A stretch of DNA of 64,000 nt, taken from contig OZ024754.1 of the NCBI GenBank assembly GCA_964016885.1, positions 11,780,001 through 11,844,000 on the forward strand. The letters run 5' to 3'. The notes below the pieces were generated by a model. That model was given only the letters and a program-made list of their open reading frames with translations, was not told where the DNA came from and searched no databases. Below are positions 50,330 through 63,484 of this stretch, one piece after another (the stretch's first letter is position 1; every line of letters begins with the position of its first letter). The translations under genes and the position numbers were made by a program. This stretch comes from Eledone cirrhosa (lineage: Eukaryota).

Positions 50330-50625
50330 TAAAAAGGAGGAGGGGTAATTCACCAATAAGTGTGACATCCCTATACAACAAAAGGGAGACGAAAGGGGTG
50401 GACAAACGAGCCGCTGCCAGAACAAAAGATAACAATATCGCGATGAGCATTGGGAAACCTCTCTTATAATTTTTGAGGCAAGCCTGTACGCTCGCAGCCT
50501 TACCTCGGGTGATGCCGAGGCTGAGGTGCTGGAACAACCAAGCGCTCTCACGAGCATCGCCAGTTACCCCAGGTGATGGTGAGGCTGATGCGCTGGAACA
50601 ACCAAGCACCACCAGTTACCTCTGT
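50330..50625 (-). mobile_element. CRE/RLE-clade retrotransposon 3' fragment
   Basis: ORF 50220-50612 contains TGDARESAWLFQHLSLGITRGKAASVQACLK. Confidence 0.6.
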
Positions 50626-50869
50626 TAGGCGAAATTAGAAATCAATTAATATGCCCACAACTTTCACAAATTTACTTTCTTAAAAATCACTTTTATTGGA
50701 TATTTGCTTACATGCCTGTCTCTATATTTTTGTTTCCTTGTGTAAACATTGACATAGGTATGATAGCATGTTCTGTTGAGAGCAAATAACATACAAACAC
50801 CTGTTGTGTATGTATATATGTATGTATGTGTAAAGGCCAAACTTGCTATCTTCAATTCGCTTTTCATGC

Positions 50870-51295
50870 CAGCCTATGGTCATGAATCTTGGGTAATGGT
50901 CGAAAGAATACAATTGTGAATATAAGTGGCTGAAATAGGATTCCTCCGAAGGTTTTTTGGAGTAATGTTACTTGATAAAGTGTGTAACTGGGAGATCAGA
51001 GAGTCACTCCAGGTAGAGCCGCTACTCCGAATTGAGAGATCACAGCTCTGACACTAAGAGCATGTGGTTAGAATGTCTCAGGAAAGAATCGCTGGACAGA
51101 TTTTATGGGCAAAAACCAACCAGCAAGAGAGCTAGGGGTAGAGCCCAAGCAATATGAGTGGATAAAATCCGTGCGCTTTGCTGATAATGCTTGGGGATCC
51201 AGTCGGATCAGTTGGAGGTGGTTGCTTCTGACAGGACCCGCTAGTAGGAGTGTTTGAGGACTCTGCCCCCATGACCCTCTCAGGAATAAGTGGGA
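50870..51295 (+). mobile_element. RTE-like LINE 3' fragment (second family)
   Basis: AEIGFLRR...LLDKV...IRESLQVEPLL...HVVRMSQER-type frame; GAA-rich tail. Confidence 0.7.
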
Positions 51296-51854
51296 GGAGG
51301 ACGAGAAGAAGAAGAAGAATTAAATATACTTGCTTTTGCATAAAATAAAATAATGTACCCTAAATTTAATGCACTTCAAGTCTTATATTTCAAGATTGTA
51401 TTTTTATTATATAAATCAATAGAGAGGTAGCCATTATAGAGACACATGCACATGTGAGGGAAGACATGCGCACACTTCAACATGATGGAATGCTGATGTT
51501 TCCCTCTAAAAATGGTTGAGACAAGCCAAGACACGGCACTGTCGTAGGTGATAGTGTGTCCCTCAGTTACACCTCAAAACGGAATGTTGGGGTTTTTTCC
51601 CTCTCTAAAATTTTCTGAGGCAAGCCAAACCACAACATTAGAGGTAGTGATGACGAGGCTAAGGTGCTGAAATAGCGAAGCACCCTCACAAACACCAGCA
51701 ATATGTTAAGTGATACTTGAGTCATGTCTATATGTTATGTATACTTGTAAAAGTGTATACAGATGATTTTAAATGTGCATCGAAAGCAAGATGCAGTAGA
51801 ACAGCAGCAGAAATACAAACAGCTGCAGCAGCGGTAACAAATATCACTCAGCTA

Positions 51855-52002
51855 GTGATGATGATGATGGTGGTGGTAATGGTGGTGGTGGTGATGATGG
51901 TGGTGGTAATGGTGGTGATGATGATGATGATGATGATGATAGTAGCTGTGATGATGGTGGTGGTGGTGATGGTAATGATGATGATGGTGGTGATGGTGAT
52001 GG

Positions 52003-52036
<34 letters not shown>

Positions 52037-52388
52037 GGTGGTGGTGGTGATGATAGTAGTGGTGATGATGATGATAGTAGCTGTGATGATGACGGTGGTG
52101 GTGGTGATAGTAATGGTGATGGTAATGATGATGATGATGGTGGTGGTGGTGATGGTAATGATGGTGGTGGTGGTGGTGGTGGTGATGGTAATGATGATGG
52201 TGGTGATGGTGATGGTAATGATGATGATGATGGTGGTGGTGGTAATGATGATGATGGTGGTGATGGTAATAATGATGATGGTGATGATGATGATGATGAT
52301 GGTGATAGTAGTGGTGATGATGATGGTGGTGGTGGTGGTGGTGATGATGATGACGACGGTGGTGGTGGTGGTGGTGGTGATGATGATG
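51855..52388. repeat. (GAT/GGT)n microsatellite
   Basis: Direct reading. Confidence 0.95.
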
Positions 52389-52725
52389 CTGTCTCCCAAT
52401 AATTGGACATGTCTTCAATTATTTTTAGCTCATTTAGTTTTTTTTTTTTTTTACCACTGAAGAAGGTGGGTGGTTGATTTTGCTGGTGAGGCTTACACAA
52501 TTACAGTTGTTGGTGTGTTTAGAAAACAGCTTCAATGCTTTACTTAGCATATGTGGTCGGGTGACATGCTAGAAATAACCATTAAATCTATCACAAATTA
52601 TATCTTACCATATTTAAAAAAAAAGGGTTTGGTGGTCATAGGCCTGCTTGATGAGAGCAAAATAAATAAAACAATATATATCCATTTTATGTTTATATTT
52701 ATTTATTTATTTAATCAATTTAAAT

Positions 52726-53026
52726 GTCCGTATAGAGCTAGTTAGCTATGACAGACTAGGGAAAGCATCTAGTACTTCTTACAGTTTAGAAACAAAAGAC
52801 GTCCGTATAGAGCTAGTAAGCCATGACAGACTAGGGAAAGCATCTAGTACTTCTTTACAGTTGAGAAACAAAAGACGTCTGTATAGAGCTAGTAAGCCAT
52901 GACAGACTAGGGAAAGCATCTAGTACTTCTTTACAGTTGAGAAACAAAAGACGTCCGTATAGAGCTAGTAAGCCATGACAGACTAGGGAAAGCATCTAGT
53001 ACTTCTTTACAGTTGAGAAACAAAAA
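52726..53026. repeat. 76-bp tandem repeat, 4 copies
   Basis: Unit gtccgtatagagctagtaagccatgacagactagggaaagcatctagtacttctttacagttgagaaacaaaagac starts at 52726, 52801, 52877 and 52953. Confidence 0.95.
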
Positions 53027-53389
53027 AAACAAGATGTGTGTGTTTGCATTTATTCATTTGATAGTAAACGTGCTGTATATATATATTAGTATGTTCGTGT
53101 AAAAGATGCGATAAAAATCACCCAACACACACTGTAAATGTGGTTGGCGCTAGGAAGGGCATCCAGCCATAGAAAACCAGCCAGAAACAGTCCTATATAA
53201 GCGAGACACGGTCACTTGACTCAACTTGCCTCTAAATGGGACAAACTCATCTAACCCACGCTACCATGGAAGATGGACGTTAAACGATGATGATGATGAT
53301 GTTTGTTTAGATCTGAAGAGTTCACATTTAAAACCCTCCATTATAATTTTATGTAGGAAACGTTAATATTTATAACTATAATATAATAT

Positions 53390-53838
53390 AATGAAATTAT
53401 TGTGTAAAGTGCTCAGGTGCACTACAACTCGTCAAAGGTGCATGTATAGTATATAGAATAATACACAAATGTCAGGGAAGTGAATCGTGTATGAGTCATG
53501 ATATACATGTGTGTATGTGTATGGAGGGGAACATTAGGTGTAGTGTTGGCGAATCTCGGGAAGCATGGAGGCCTTAAAGGATGCAGTGTCTCGACAGCTA
53601 ACAACCGATGCAGGTAGTTTGTTCCATGCTTCAGCAACTCTGAGCGTGAAAAAATGTTTTCGAAAGTCATGGGAACTGTACTGTTTTCTGACTTTGTGGG
53701 CATGCCCACGTGTGTTAGACACATGGAAATCAAAAAGGTACTCAGGGTTATTGTTGGCAAGATGGTTAACAATTTTGTGGGTGTTTACCAAGTCAGTTGC
53801 CAGGCGTTGGAGCTTCAATGTATCCATGCCCAGGGAAG
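53390..53838 (-). mobile_element. CR1-type LINE 3' fragment
   Basis: ASLGMDTLKLQRLATDLVNTHKI...NTRGHAHKV...FFTLRVAEAWNKLP; inverted paralog of 49324-50040. Confidence 0.9.
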
Positions 53839-53939
53839 CTATCTTATTTATTGCTTTCTTGACACTTCCAAGATATATAGAAACAAGTGAAGATAATATA
53901 AATGGAAATAAAAATAAAATAAAATAAGAAAATTTAAGT

Positions 53940-54148
53940 GGTCGTGTAGGAGACACGGCAAAAAGGCTCCCATTCCACACTGTAAATGTGGTTGGTGTTA
54001 GGAAAGGCATCCAGCTGTAGAAAATCTGCCAGATACAGTCGTATACGAGCACGACATGGTCACCTAATCAATCTTGCCTCAAGTGGGACAATTCCCGTCT
54101 AACCCATGCTAGCGTGGAAGATGGACGTTAAACGATGATGATGATGAT
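53940..54148 (+). mobile_element. RTE-tailed SINE
   Basis: ggtgttaggaaaggcatccagctgtagaaa...aacccatgctagcgtggaagatggacgttaaacgatgatgat. Confidence 0.75.
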
Positions 54149-54448
54149 GCTGAAGGCCAACAGAAGGCAAAATAAGCATAAATAAGCAAAATGAGCATAA
54201 AAAGATAAAGAAAAAAGATAAATCAATAATTCCTATTATTTATTAATTATCATTGTTGTGAGTGGTGTTATTTATAAGAAGGCTTATGTTATATTGATTT
54301 CTCTCATGTTGGTGGAATTGTTGTTTAACTGTAGTTCAGTCTTGATTAAACAGACCTATAATTGAAAGCAGTCCAGGTAACCTGTCTTTTTCTCATATGT
54401 AATGTATCTGGTGTCATAAGAAGTAACAATAATTAGGGCCTACACCTG

Positions 54449-57400
54449 GATATTTAGTACCCCCTGGCTCCCCTTACAATATGTGCCCCATTCTTCCAGT
54501 TGTGAACCCGATATTTAGTACCCTTTGGCTCCCCTTACAATATGTGCCCCGTTCTTCCACTTGTGGACCCGATATTTAGTACCTCTTGGCTCCCCTTACA
54601 ATATGTGTCTCGTTCTTCCAGTTGTGGACCCGATATTTAGTACCCCTTGGCTCCCTTTACAATATGTGCCCCATTCTTCCACTTGTGGACCCGATATTTA
54701 GTACCCCTTGGCTCCCCTTACAATATGTGTCTCGTTCTTCCAGTTGTGGACCTGATATTTATTACCCCTTGGCTCCCCTTACAATATGTGTCTCGTTCTT
54801 CCAGTTGTGGACCCGATATTTAGTACCCCTTGGCTCCCTTTACAATATGTGCCCCATTCTTCCAGTTGTGGACCCGATATTTAGTACCCCCTGGCTCCCC
54901 TTACAATATGTGTCCTGTTCTTCCAGTTGTGGACCCGATATTTAGTACCCCTTGGCTCCCCTTACAATATGTGTCCTGTTCTTCCAGTTGTGGACCCGAT
55001 ATTTAGTACCCCTTGGCTCCCCTTACAATATGTGCCCCATTCTTCCAGTTGTGGACCCGATATTTAGTACCCCTTGGCTCCCCTTACAATATGTGTCCTG
55101 TTCTTCCAGTTGTGGACCTGATATTTAGTACCCCTTGGCTCCCCTTACAATATGTGTCCTGTTCTTCCAGTTGTGGACCCGATATTTAGTACCCCTTGGC
55201 TCCCCTTACAATATGTGCCCCATTCTTCCAGTTGTGGACCCGATATTTAGTACCCCCTGGCTCCCCTTACAATATGTGTCCTGTTCTTCCAGTTGTGGAC
55301 CCGATATTTAGTACCCCTTGGCTCCCCTTACAATATGTGTCCTGTTCTTCCAGTTGTGGACCTGATATTTAGTACCCCTTGGCTCCCCTTACAATATGTG
55401 CCCCATTCTTCCAGTTGTGGACCCGATATTTAGTACCCCTTGGCTCCCCTTACAATATGTGTCCTGTTCTTCCAGTTGTGGACCTGATATTTAGTACCCC
55501 TTGGCTCCCCTTACAATATGTGTCCTGTTCTTCCAGTTGTGGACCCGATATTTAGTACCCCTTGGCTCCCCTTACAATATGTGCCCCATTCTTCCAGTTG
55601 TGGACCCGATATTTAGTACCCCCTGGCTCCCCTTACAATATGTGTCCTGTTCTTCCAGTTGTGGACCCGATATTTAGTACCCCTTGGCTCCCCTTACAAT
55701 ATGTGTCCTGTTCTTCCAGTTGTGGACCTGATATTTAGTACCCCTTGGCTCCCCTTACAATATGTGCCCCATTCTTCCAGTTGTGGACCCGATATTTAGT
55801 ACCCCTTGGCTCCCCTTACAATATGTGTCCTGTTCTTCCAGTTGTGGACCCGATATTTAGTACCCCTTGGCTCCCCTTACAATATGTGCCCCATTCTTCC
55901 AGTTGTGGACCCGATATTTAGTACCCCTTGGCTCCCCTTACAATATGTGTCCTGTTCTTCCAGTTGTGGACCTGATATTTAGTACCCCTTGGCTCCCCTT
56001 ACAATATGTGTCCTGTTCTTCCAGTTGTGGACCCGATATTTAGTACCCCTTGGCTCCCCTTACAATATGTGCCCCATTCTTCCAGTTGTGGACCCGATAT
56101 TTAGTACCCCCTGGCTCCCCTTACAATATGTGTCCTGTTCTTCCAGTTGTGGACCCGATATTTAGTACCCCTTGGCTCCCCTTACAATATGTGTCCTGTT
56201 CTTCCAGTTGTGGACCTGATATTTAGTACCCCTTGGCTCCCCTTACAATATGTGCCCCATTCTTCCAGTTGTGGACCCGATATTTAGTACCCCTTGGCTC
56301 CCCTTACAATATGTGTCCTGTTCTTCCAGTTGTGGACCTGATATTTAGTACCCCTTGGCTCCCCTTACAATATGTGCCCCATTCTTCCAGTTGTGGACCC
56401 GATATTTAGTACCCCCTGGCTCCCCTTACAATATGTGTCCTGTTCTTCCAGTTGTGGACCCGATATTTAGTACCCCCTGGCTCCCCTTACAATATGTGTC
56501 CTGTTCTTCCAGCTGTGGACCCAATATTTAGTACCCCTTGGCTCCCCTTACAATATGTGTCCTGTTCTTCCAGTTGTGGACCTGATATTTAGTACCCCTT
56601 GGCTCCCCTTACAATATGTACCCCATTCTTCCAGTTGTGGACCCGATATTTAGTACCCCCTGGCTCCCCTTACAATATGTGTCCTGTTCTTCCAGTTGTG
56701 GACCCGATATTTAGTACCCCCTGGCTCCCCTTACAATATGTGTCCTGTTCTTCCAGTTGTGGACCTGATATTTAGTACCCCTTGGCTCCCCTTACAATAT
56801 GTGTCCCATTCTTCCAGTTGTGGACCTGATATTTATTACCCCTTGGCTCCCCTTACAATATGTGCCCCGTTCTTCCAGTTGTGGACCTGATATTTATTAC
56901 CCCTTGGCTCCCCTTACAATATGTGCCCCGTTCTTCCAGTTGTGGACCTGATATTTAGTACCCCCTGGCTCCCCTTACAATATGTGCCCCGTTCTTCCAG
57001 TTGTGGACCTGATATTTAGTACCCCTTGGCTCCCCTTACAATATGTGCCCCGTTCTTCCAGTTGTGGACCTGATATTTAGTACCCCCTGGCTCCCCTTAC
57101 AATATGTGCCCCGTTCTTCCAGTTGTGGACCTGATATTTAGTACCCCCTGGCTCCCCTTACAATATGTGCCCCGTTCTTCCAGTTGTGGACCTGATATTT
57201 AGTACCCCCTGGCTCCCCTTACAATATGTGTCCTGTTCTTCCAGTTGTGGACCCGATATTTAGTACCCCTTGGCTCCCCTTACAATATGTGCCCCGTTCT
57301 TCCAGTTGTGGACCTGATATTTAGTACCCCCTGGCTCCCCTTACAATATGTGCCCCATTCTTCCAGTTGTGGACCCGATATTTAGTACCCCCTGGCTCCC

Positions 57401-58170
57401 CTTACAATATGTGTCCTGTTCTTCCAGTTGTGGACCTGATATTTAGTACCCCCTGGCTCCCCTTACAATATGTGCCCCGTTCTTCCAGTTGTGGACCTGA
57501 TATTTAGTACCCCCTGGCTCCCCTTACAATATGTGCCCCATTCTTCCAGTTGTGGACCCGATATTTAGTACCCCCTGGCTCCCCTTACAATATGTGTCCT
57601 GTTCTTCCAGTTGTGGACCTGATATTTAGTACCCCCTGGCTCCCCTTACAATATGTGCCCCGTTCTTCCAGTTGTGGACCTGATATTTAGTACCCCCTGG
57701 CTCCCCTTACAATATGTGCCCCATTCTTCCAGTTGTGGACCCGATATTTAGTACCCCCTGGCTCCCCTTACAATATGTGTCCTGTTCTTCCAGTTGTGGA
57801 CCTGATATTTAGTACCCCCTGGCTCCCCTTACAATATGTGCCCCGTTCTTCCAATTGTGGACCTGATATTTAGTACCCCTTGGCTCCCCTTACAATATGT
57901 GTCCCGTTCTTCCAGTTGTGGACCCGATATTTAGTACCCCTTGGCTCCCCTTACAATATGTGCCCCATTCTTCCAGTTGTGAACCCGATATTTAGTACCC
58001 CTTGGCTCCCCTTACAATATGTGCCCCATTCTTCCAGTTGTGGACCTGATATTTAGTACCCCTTGGCTCCCCTTACAATATGTGTCCTGTTCTTCCAGTT
58101 GTGGACCTGATATTTAGTACCCCTTGGCTCCCCTTACAATATGTGCCCCATTCTCCCAGTTGTGGACCCC
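54449..58170. repeat. 61-bp minisatellite/satellite array, ~61 copies
   Basis: Unit gatatttagtaccccttggctccccttacaatatgtgtcctgttcttccagttgtggaccc; the pattern shifts by one base per 60-nt line. Confidence 0.97.
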
Positions 58171-58499
58171 ATTCTCCCAAATTAAACGATTTCAACTTAC
58201 AGTTCAGTAAGCTGAAAAACCTAGTAATTTTCTTAGTGTGGTCAGAGCAGGAGGTGTCCAACACTAAGCCTTCCTCTTTCACTCCACACTCCACACTCCA
58301 CCATGCCAAATCATGCGACAGATCATAACACCATATGACCCTCTCCACCATTTCCAATATTTCCCTAATACTGCTACAAGGCAATAATGTTTAACGATTT
58401 ATTTATTGATCACAGGAAATTATTATATATTTAATTTAATTATACAAATTTGTATAAAACTGTGATCCTTTAAGGTTCAGTAGTGACCTTATAAGTAGT

Positions 58500-59165
58500 G
58501 CTGGGCCTGCGTCTATGAATGTGATATGGTCCTTTGGCTATGCTGGGACACTACCATAGTTATTATACTGTCTATAGCCAGCCTTCCTTTGTTTGCCGTT
58601 GGTGTAAGAGGAAGTTTGTTGCTGCTGCCCTTATTTGTACTTCATCTCCTGCTGTGGGTTCATCAGAATGTCGAGATGTTTCTTGAAAATATCTACATCT
58701 ACACCATGTAGATCTTTCAGGATATTTAGCAACCTATTAAAGAGCTGGTGGGGGGGGGGGGTCTTTGAACCAATGCCAAAGTTTGGTGCTAGTCCTTCCA
58801 GGATCTTCCATATGTATATCACTGCGTATCTTCCCCCCTCCCCCCAAAGAGTGGAGCTTTAGTTATTTCAGCTATTTCCAGTAGTTCATCTCCTTCACTG
58901 AGGCAATCTTTTTGGTGTAGCTTTGTTGGATTGCTTCAAATTCTGCAGTTAGTTTGACACTGTTGGCTGAGGGCTCTTCCAGAGAACCTACATAGTTTCC
59001 AGGTTTCTTATCCTAAAAGTCCTCAGAATCCAACCAGCCAGTCATCTGTACATTGCCGCCATTTTGATGATGTGTGCATGAAATGATGCATCATTGCTCA
59101 TGTCATTACTCAATTTCCATATTGATTTTGACTCGGGGATTTTGATTCTTCCTGGTCCAGTGTAG
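58500..59165 (-). mobile_element. Decayed CR1/L2-type LINE fragment
   Basis: Minus frame IYIWKILEGLAPNFGI...[20 protein letters not shown]; a related piece lies at 38100-38320. Confidence 0.7.
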
Positions 59166-61326
59166 CTTGTTGTAGTGGCTAAGTGTTTGCAGGTTGATAG
59201 CGGAGGGCTTGATATCTTTCGCCATTAAACTGCATATTGTTATCCTCAGGCCAATTATATATGACATCCAAATCTTGTTAGAAAATAGCATCAGCCAGAT
59301 TCTTGATTGCCTGTGCTACTTTTGTGTTAACAGCATAGCTAGTAATGGAAGCTTTAACCTTAACCATAACCCTAATCTTTGAGCTGTGGATTCTTAAAGA
59401 GTTATCAAACAGTTTTTAATGATGAGGTTTAAAATGGAATTTAATGCTTTTAACACCAAACTGCCTGAAACCACTCATATCTATGAAATTTGTTTTAAAG
59501 TGTTTATATTTATACAAAAAAATCCTTCATCGTAATTTAATGTAAGAAGAACCTTCGTTAAGTTATATTCCAAACAACTTAATAATGAGAAAGCTTGTTA
59601 TATAACTAAATCTTTTCAAATTCTTCTTTATTTTTTAAAATTATTTAAAAATCATGAACAATGTCTTTAATTAGAATTATGGCAACGAAAGCATTTTAAA
59701 CGATTTTGTCTGGTTGTAGTTAACAGTTTATCTCAATTTTAAATCTATATCTTTCTACATACACAGTATATGTATTGCATAGATGTATGCACACTTGTAC
59801 ATAAACACACACTCACATGCATATGAGGATGTGAATATGTGTGTGTGTGCTTAGATAAATCTGTGAGTGGTTTAACCTGAAACTTTTTTTTTTGCTTATT
59901 AAAAGAATCTTCATGCAACTGTAATATATTTCTTGGTCAGCACTATTTTATGCTAACTTTGATGACCTAGCAAAATTCCACATCTCCACTTATGCTAAAT
60001 GAATAATAACAAAAAATACCAAAAAAAAGACAGCTTGTAGTTTAGTCTACTCCACTCTCTCACATATTTATCCTCATCCCCTTTCCTTCCTCTATTTATA
60101 TATTCTGTTGTTGAAGCATTTTATACATCATATACTTTTATCAGCATAAGCCATCTTACTGACTTTACCAGTACAGAGGGTTGGTAGTTATACAAATGTA
60201 TATGGAATGTTTTTTGGTTTACTGTTAAAGCACCAGCTTTGGGTTTTTCTTGTCTAACCTTCTCTTGCCAGAGTATTTTACATTGCTTTATCTATCTAAT
60301 CATCATATACCATTTTTTTTTTAGTAAGTGGGATTTGAACTTTATTTTACAAAGTTGTTTATACAAAAAAAAAAATTATTAAAGGGAACAAAAAAAAAGG
60401 AAATGAAAAGAAGAAAATAGAATCAAGCAATGAAAGAAAGGTGGATGAGGAGGGACAGGCACTACACAACTATACATATGAATATAATTTCCAAATGTGT
60501 TGGTGATGGTTTGTTAGGAGAAAGTCATTTATGTGTAGGGGGTGTTGGTTTCCTATGTGTTCTTTGTTTTGTTAGTGAGAATGTGTATCATTGCTACACA
60601 TTCTCACTGACAAACCAAACACCCCTACACACAGCTGACTCTTGTCTAACAATCATCATCAACACATACAAGAAAACCAACACCGCAACATAAATACTGT
60701 AGCTATAGGGTTAATGAATATTTGATTCCACTTTAGCTTTTTAATCCTCCATGCTTTTAAATAGGCTAAATTAATATCTGAGCTCTGGGATGAATGAATA
60801 TTTAATTCTATTTCAGTTTTTAAAGCTCTGTTTTTAAAACCTTTTCATCTGAAGCTTCCTGAAACTGTCCCTACCTTTGATACAAAACTGTTCGTTTAAA
60901 AGTGTTTATTGTCATCATCATCATCACCTCATCATCATCCATTGTTTTTACGTTCACTTTTCCATGCTGGCATGGGTTTTATGGGACTTTTAGAGGCAAT
61001 GTTTTACAGCCCTTCCTGACACCAACCTTTCAGTCACTTCTTATGGCATGCAAGGATTTAGTGTAGCTATTATAAACTAGGTATTTATCTAAAAAAACAA
61101 CAACCCCAAACCTTCCTTCATAATTTTAAGTAAGAAGCCTTTTTTAGTTATGTTCCAAACACAAAGAAAGATATTTTTAATTATATAAGCTTATCATTAT
61201 TTTCAAAATTATTTGAAAACTCTAATCAGTATCTTTTGCAAGGAATATGGCAAGGGTTAAATAAGCTGACGCTTAACTAAACAAAGAGTATCTGGTCATG
61301 CTAAACATTTTTTCAGGATTTATTTC

Positions 61327-61430
61327 ACATATCTATGTCCATATCTATGTCCATATCTATGTCCATATCTATGTCCATATCTATGTCCATATCTATGTCC
61401 ATATCTATGTCCATATCTATGTCCATCTAT
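61327..61430. repeat. 12-bp tandem repeat (catatctatgtc)n, ~8 copies
   Basis: Direct reading. Confidence 0.95.
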
Positions 61431-61469
61431 GATCATTGTATAATAGTTAACAGAGTAGGTGAAGTCTGA

Positions 61470-61521
61470 TGTCATCATCATCATCACCATCACTACCATC
61501 ACCTTCATCATCATCACCAAT

Positions 61522-61569
<48 letters not shown>

Positions 61570-62782
61570 GTTTTCACCACTACTACCACCACCTTCACCT
61601 TCATCATCATCATAATCATCTTCACCACTGCCACCACAACCTTCTCCATCATCATCCTCTCCACCACTGCCACTACCACCACCATCCTCTCTGCCACTGC
61701 TACAACCACCACCACCACCACCACCACCACCATCATCATCATCAACCTCACCGCTGCTGCTACAACCACCACCATCCTCTCCACCACCACTGCTGCCACA
61801 AGCACCACCACCACCACCATCACCGCCACCAACACCATCCTCACCACCATCACCGCCACCAACATCATCATCCTCACCACTGCTGCTATAACTAACCCCC
61901 CCCCCCCCCACTGCCACCATCATCCTCACCACTGCTGCTACCACCACCACCATCATCATCATCATCCTCACCACCACCACCATCATCATCATCAACCTCA
62001 CCTCTGCTGCCACAACCACCACCACACCACCATCACTCCCACCACCACTGCTGCCACAAGCACCACCACACCACCACCACTACCACCACCATCCTCTCCA
62101 CCGCCACTGCTGCCACAAGCACCACCACACCACCACCACACCACCACCACTACCACCACCACTGCTGCCAGCCACAACCACCACCACACCACCACCACCA
62201 CCACCATCCTCTCCACCGCCACTGCTGCCACAAGCACCACCACACCACCACCACTACCACCACCATCCTCTCCACCACCACTGCTGCCAGAAGCACCACC
62301 ACACCACCACCACTACCACCACCATCCTCTCCACCACCACTGCTGCCACAAGCACCACCACACCACCACCACACCACCATCACTCCCACCACCACTGCTG
62401 CCACAAGCACCACCACACCACCACCACTACCACCACCATCCTCTCCACCGCCACTGCTGCCACAAGCACCACCACACCACCACCACTACCACCACCATCC
62501 TCTCCACCACCACTGCTGCCAGAAGCACCACCACACCACCACCACTACCACCACCATCCTCTCCACCACCACTGCTGCCAGAAGCACCACCACACCACCA
62601 CCACTACCACCACCATCCTCTCCACCGCCACTGCTGCCACAAGCACCACCACACCACCACCACTACCACCACCACTGCTGCCAGCCACAACCACCACCAC
62701 ACCACCACCACCACCACCATCCTCTCCACCGCCACTGCTGCCACAAGCACCACCACACCACCACCACCACCATCATTACCAT
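61470..62782. repeat. (CAC/CAT)n-derived compound repeat with higher-order units
   Basis: Direct reading; recurrent ccatcctctccacc.ccactgctgcca.aagcaccacc motif. Confidence 0.93.
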
Positions 62783-63159
62783 CTCAGAATAGAATGATAA
62801 GTCTCTTTTTTTGAAAGTCATGTTAACAAAAAACTGACAAAATAAAACAACCCCCCAAAACCCACAAGGACATGACTGGGTGTAATTAATACTGGGTGTC
62901 TGGTTGTACAGATTATAAAGGTTAGAAGGACTGACACACTTTTGATGAGATGTTTTTGTATTTTTTATATTGGTGGAGCAAGAATTTGGGAGATACTGGA
63001 AACCAGTCATGGACACTGCTCTTCCATTTCTGCCTTAAAAAAAGCTGCTCCTTCCCCCAAGCTGTTATTTATAGCAATCAGCTGTGTTTGCATTTGTTTT
63101 CTGCATTTGGGATTCCTACATTTTTAAAAAAAATAATTCTCTAAGTAGTAAATAAAGGT

Positions 63160-63325
63160 TGATTAAATTGACCCCAGTGTGTTTCTGGTACTTTATTTTA
63201 ACGGTCCCATAAGGATGAAAAGCAAAGTTAACTTCAGCAGGATTTGAACTCAGAACAAAAAGGGCTGTAACTATATGCTGCAAAGCATGTTGTCTGACGA
63301 CGCTCTGCTGATACCTCTAATCTAC
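63160..63325 (-). mobile_element. CORE-type SINE
   Basis: ctggtactttattt...aaggatgaaaagcaaagttaacttcagcaggatttgaactcagaac. Confidence 0.7.
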
Positions 63326-63425
63326 CACCCTAGGGTTAAAAATAATAAGGTTGGTGCTGAGAAGAAACCCCCCCGTAAATAGCCTGAAGTCAAAAGATTT
63401 TCACATGAACAGAGAAAAACCTTAC

Positions 63426-63484
63426 AAAATAAAATAAAATAAAATAAAATAAAATAAAATAAAATAAAATAAAATAAAATAAAT
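63426..63484. repeat. (AAAAT)n microsatellite
   Basis: Direct reading. Confidence 0.95.

Noticed and set aside
51717-52500. Poly-Met/Val, poly-His and poly-Pro/Ser ORFs
   Set aside because: (GAT/GGT)n microsatellite, open in most frames
54449-58170. CRISPR-like array (also considered for the 31-, 47-, 48- and 76-bp arrays)
   Set aside because: Head-to-tail repeats with no unique spacers, no cas genes, eukaryotic intronic context
61320-62814. 451-aa Thr/Pro/His-rich mucin-like ORF
   Set aside because: (CAC/CAT)n compound repeat whose composition drifts between frames; no splice signals or domain
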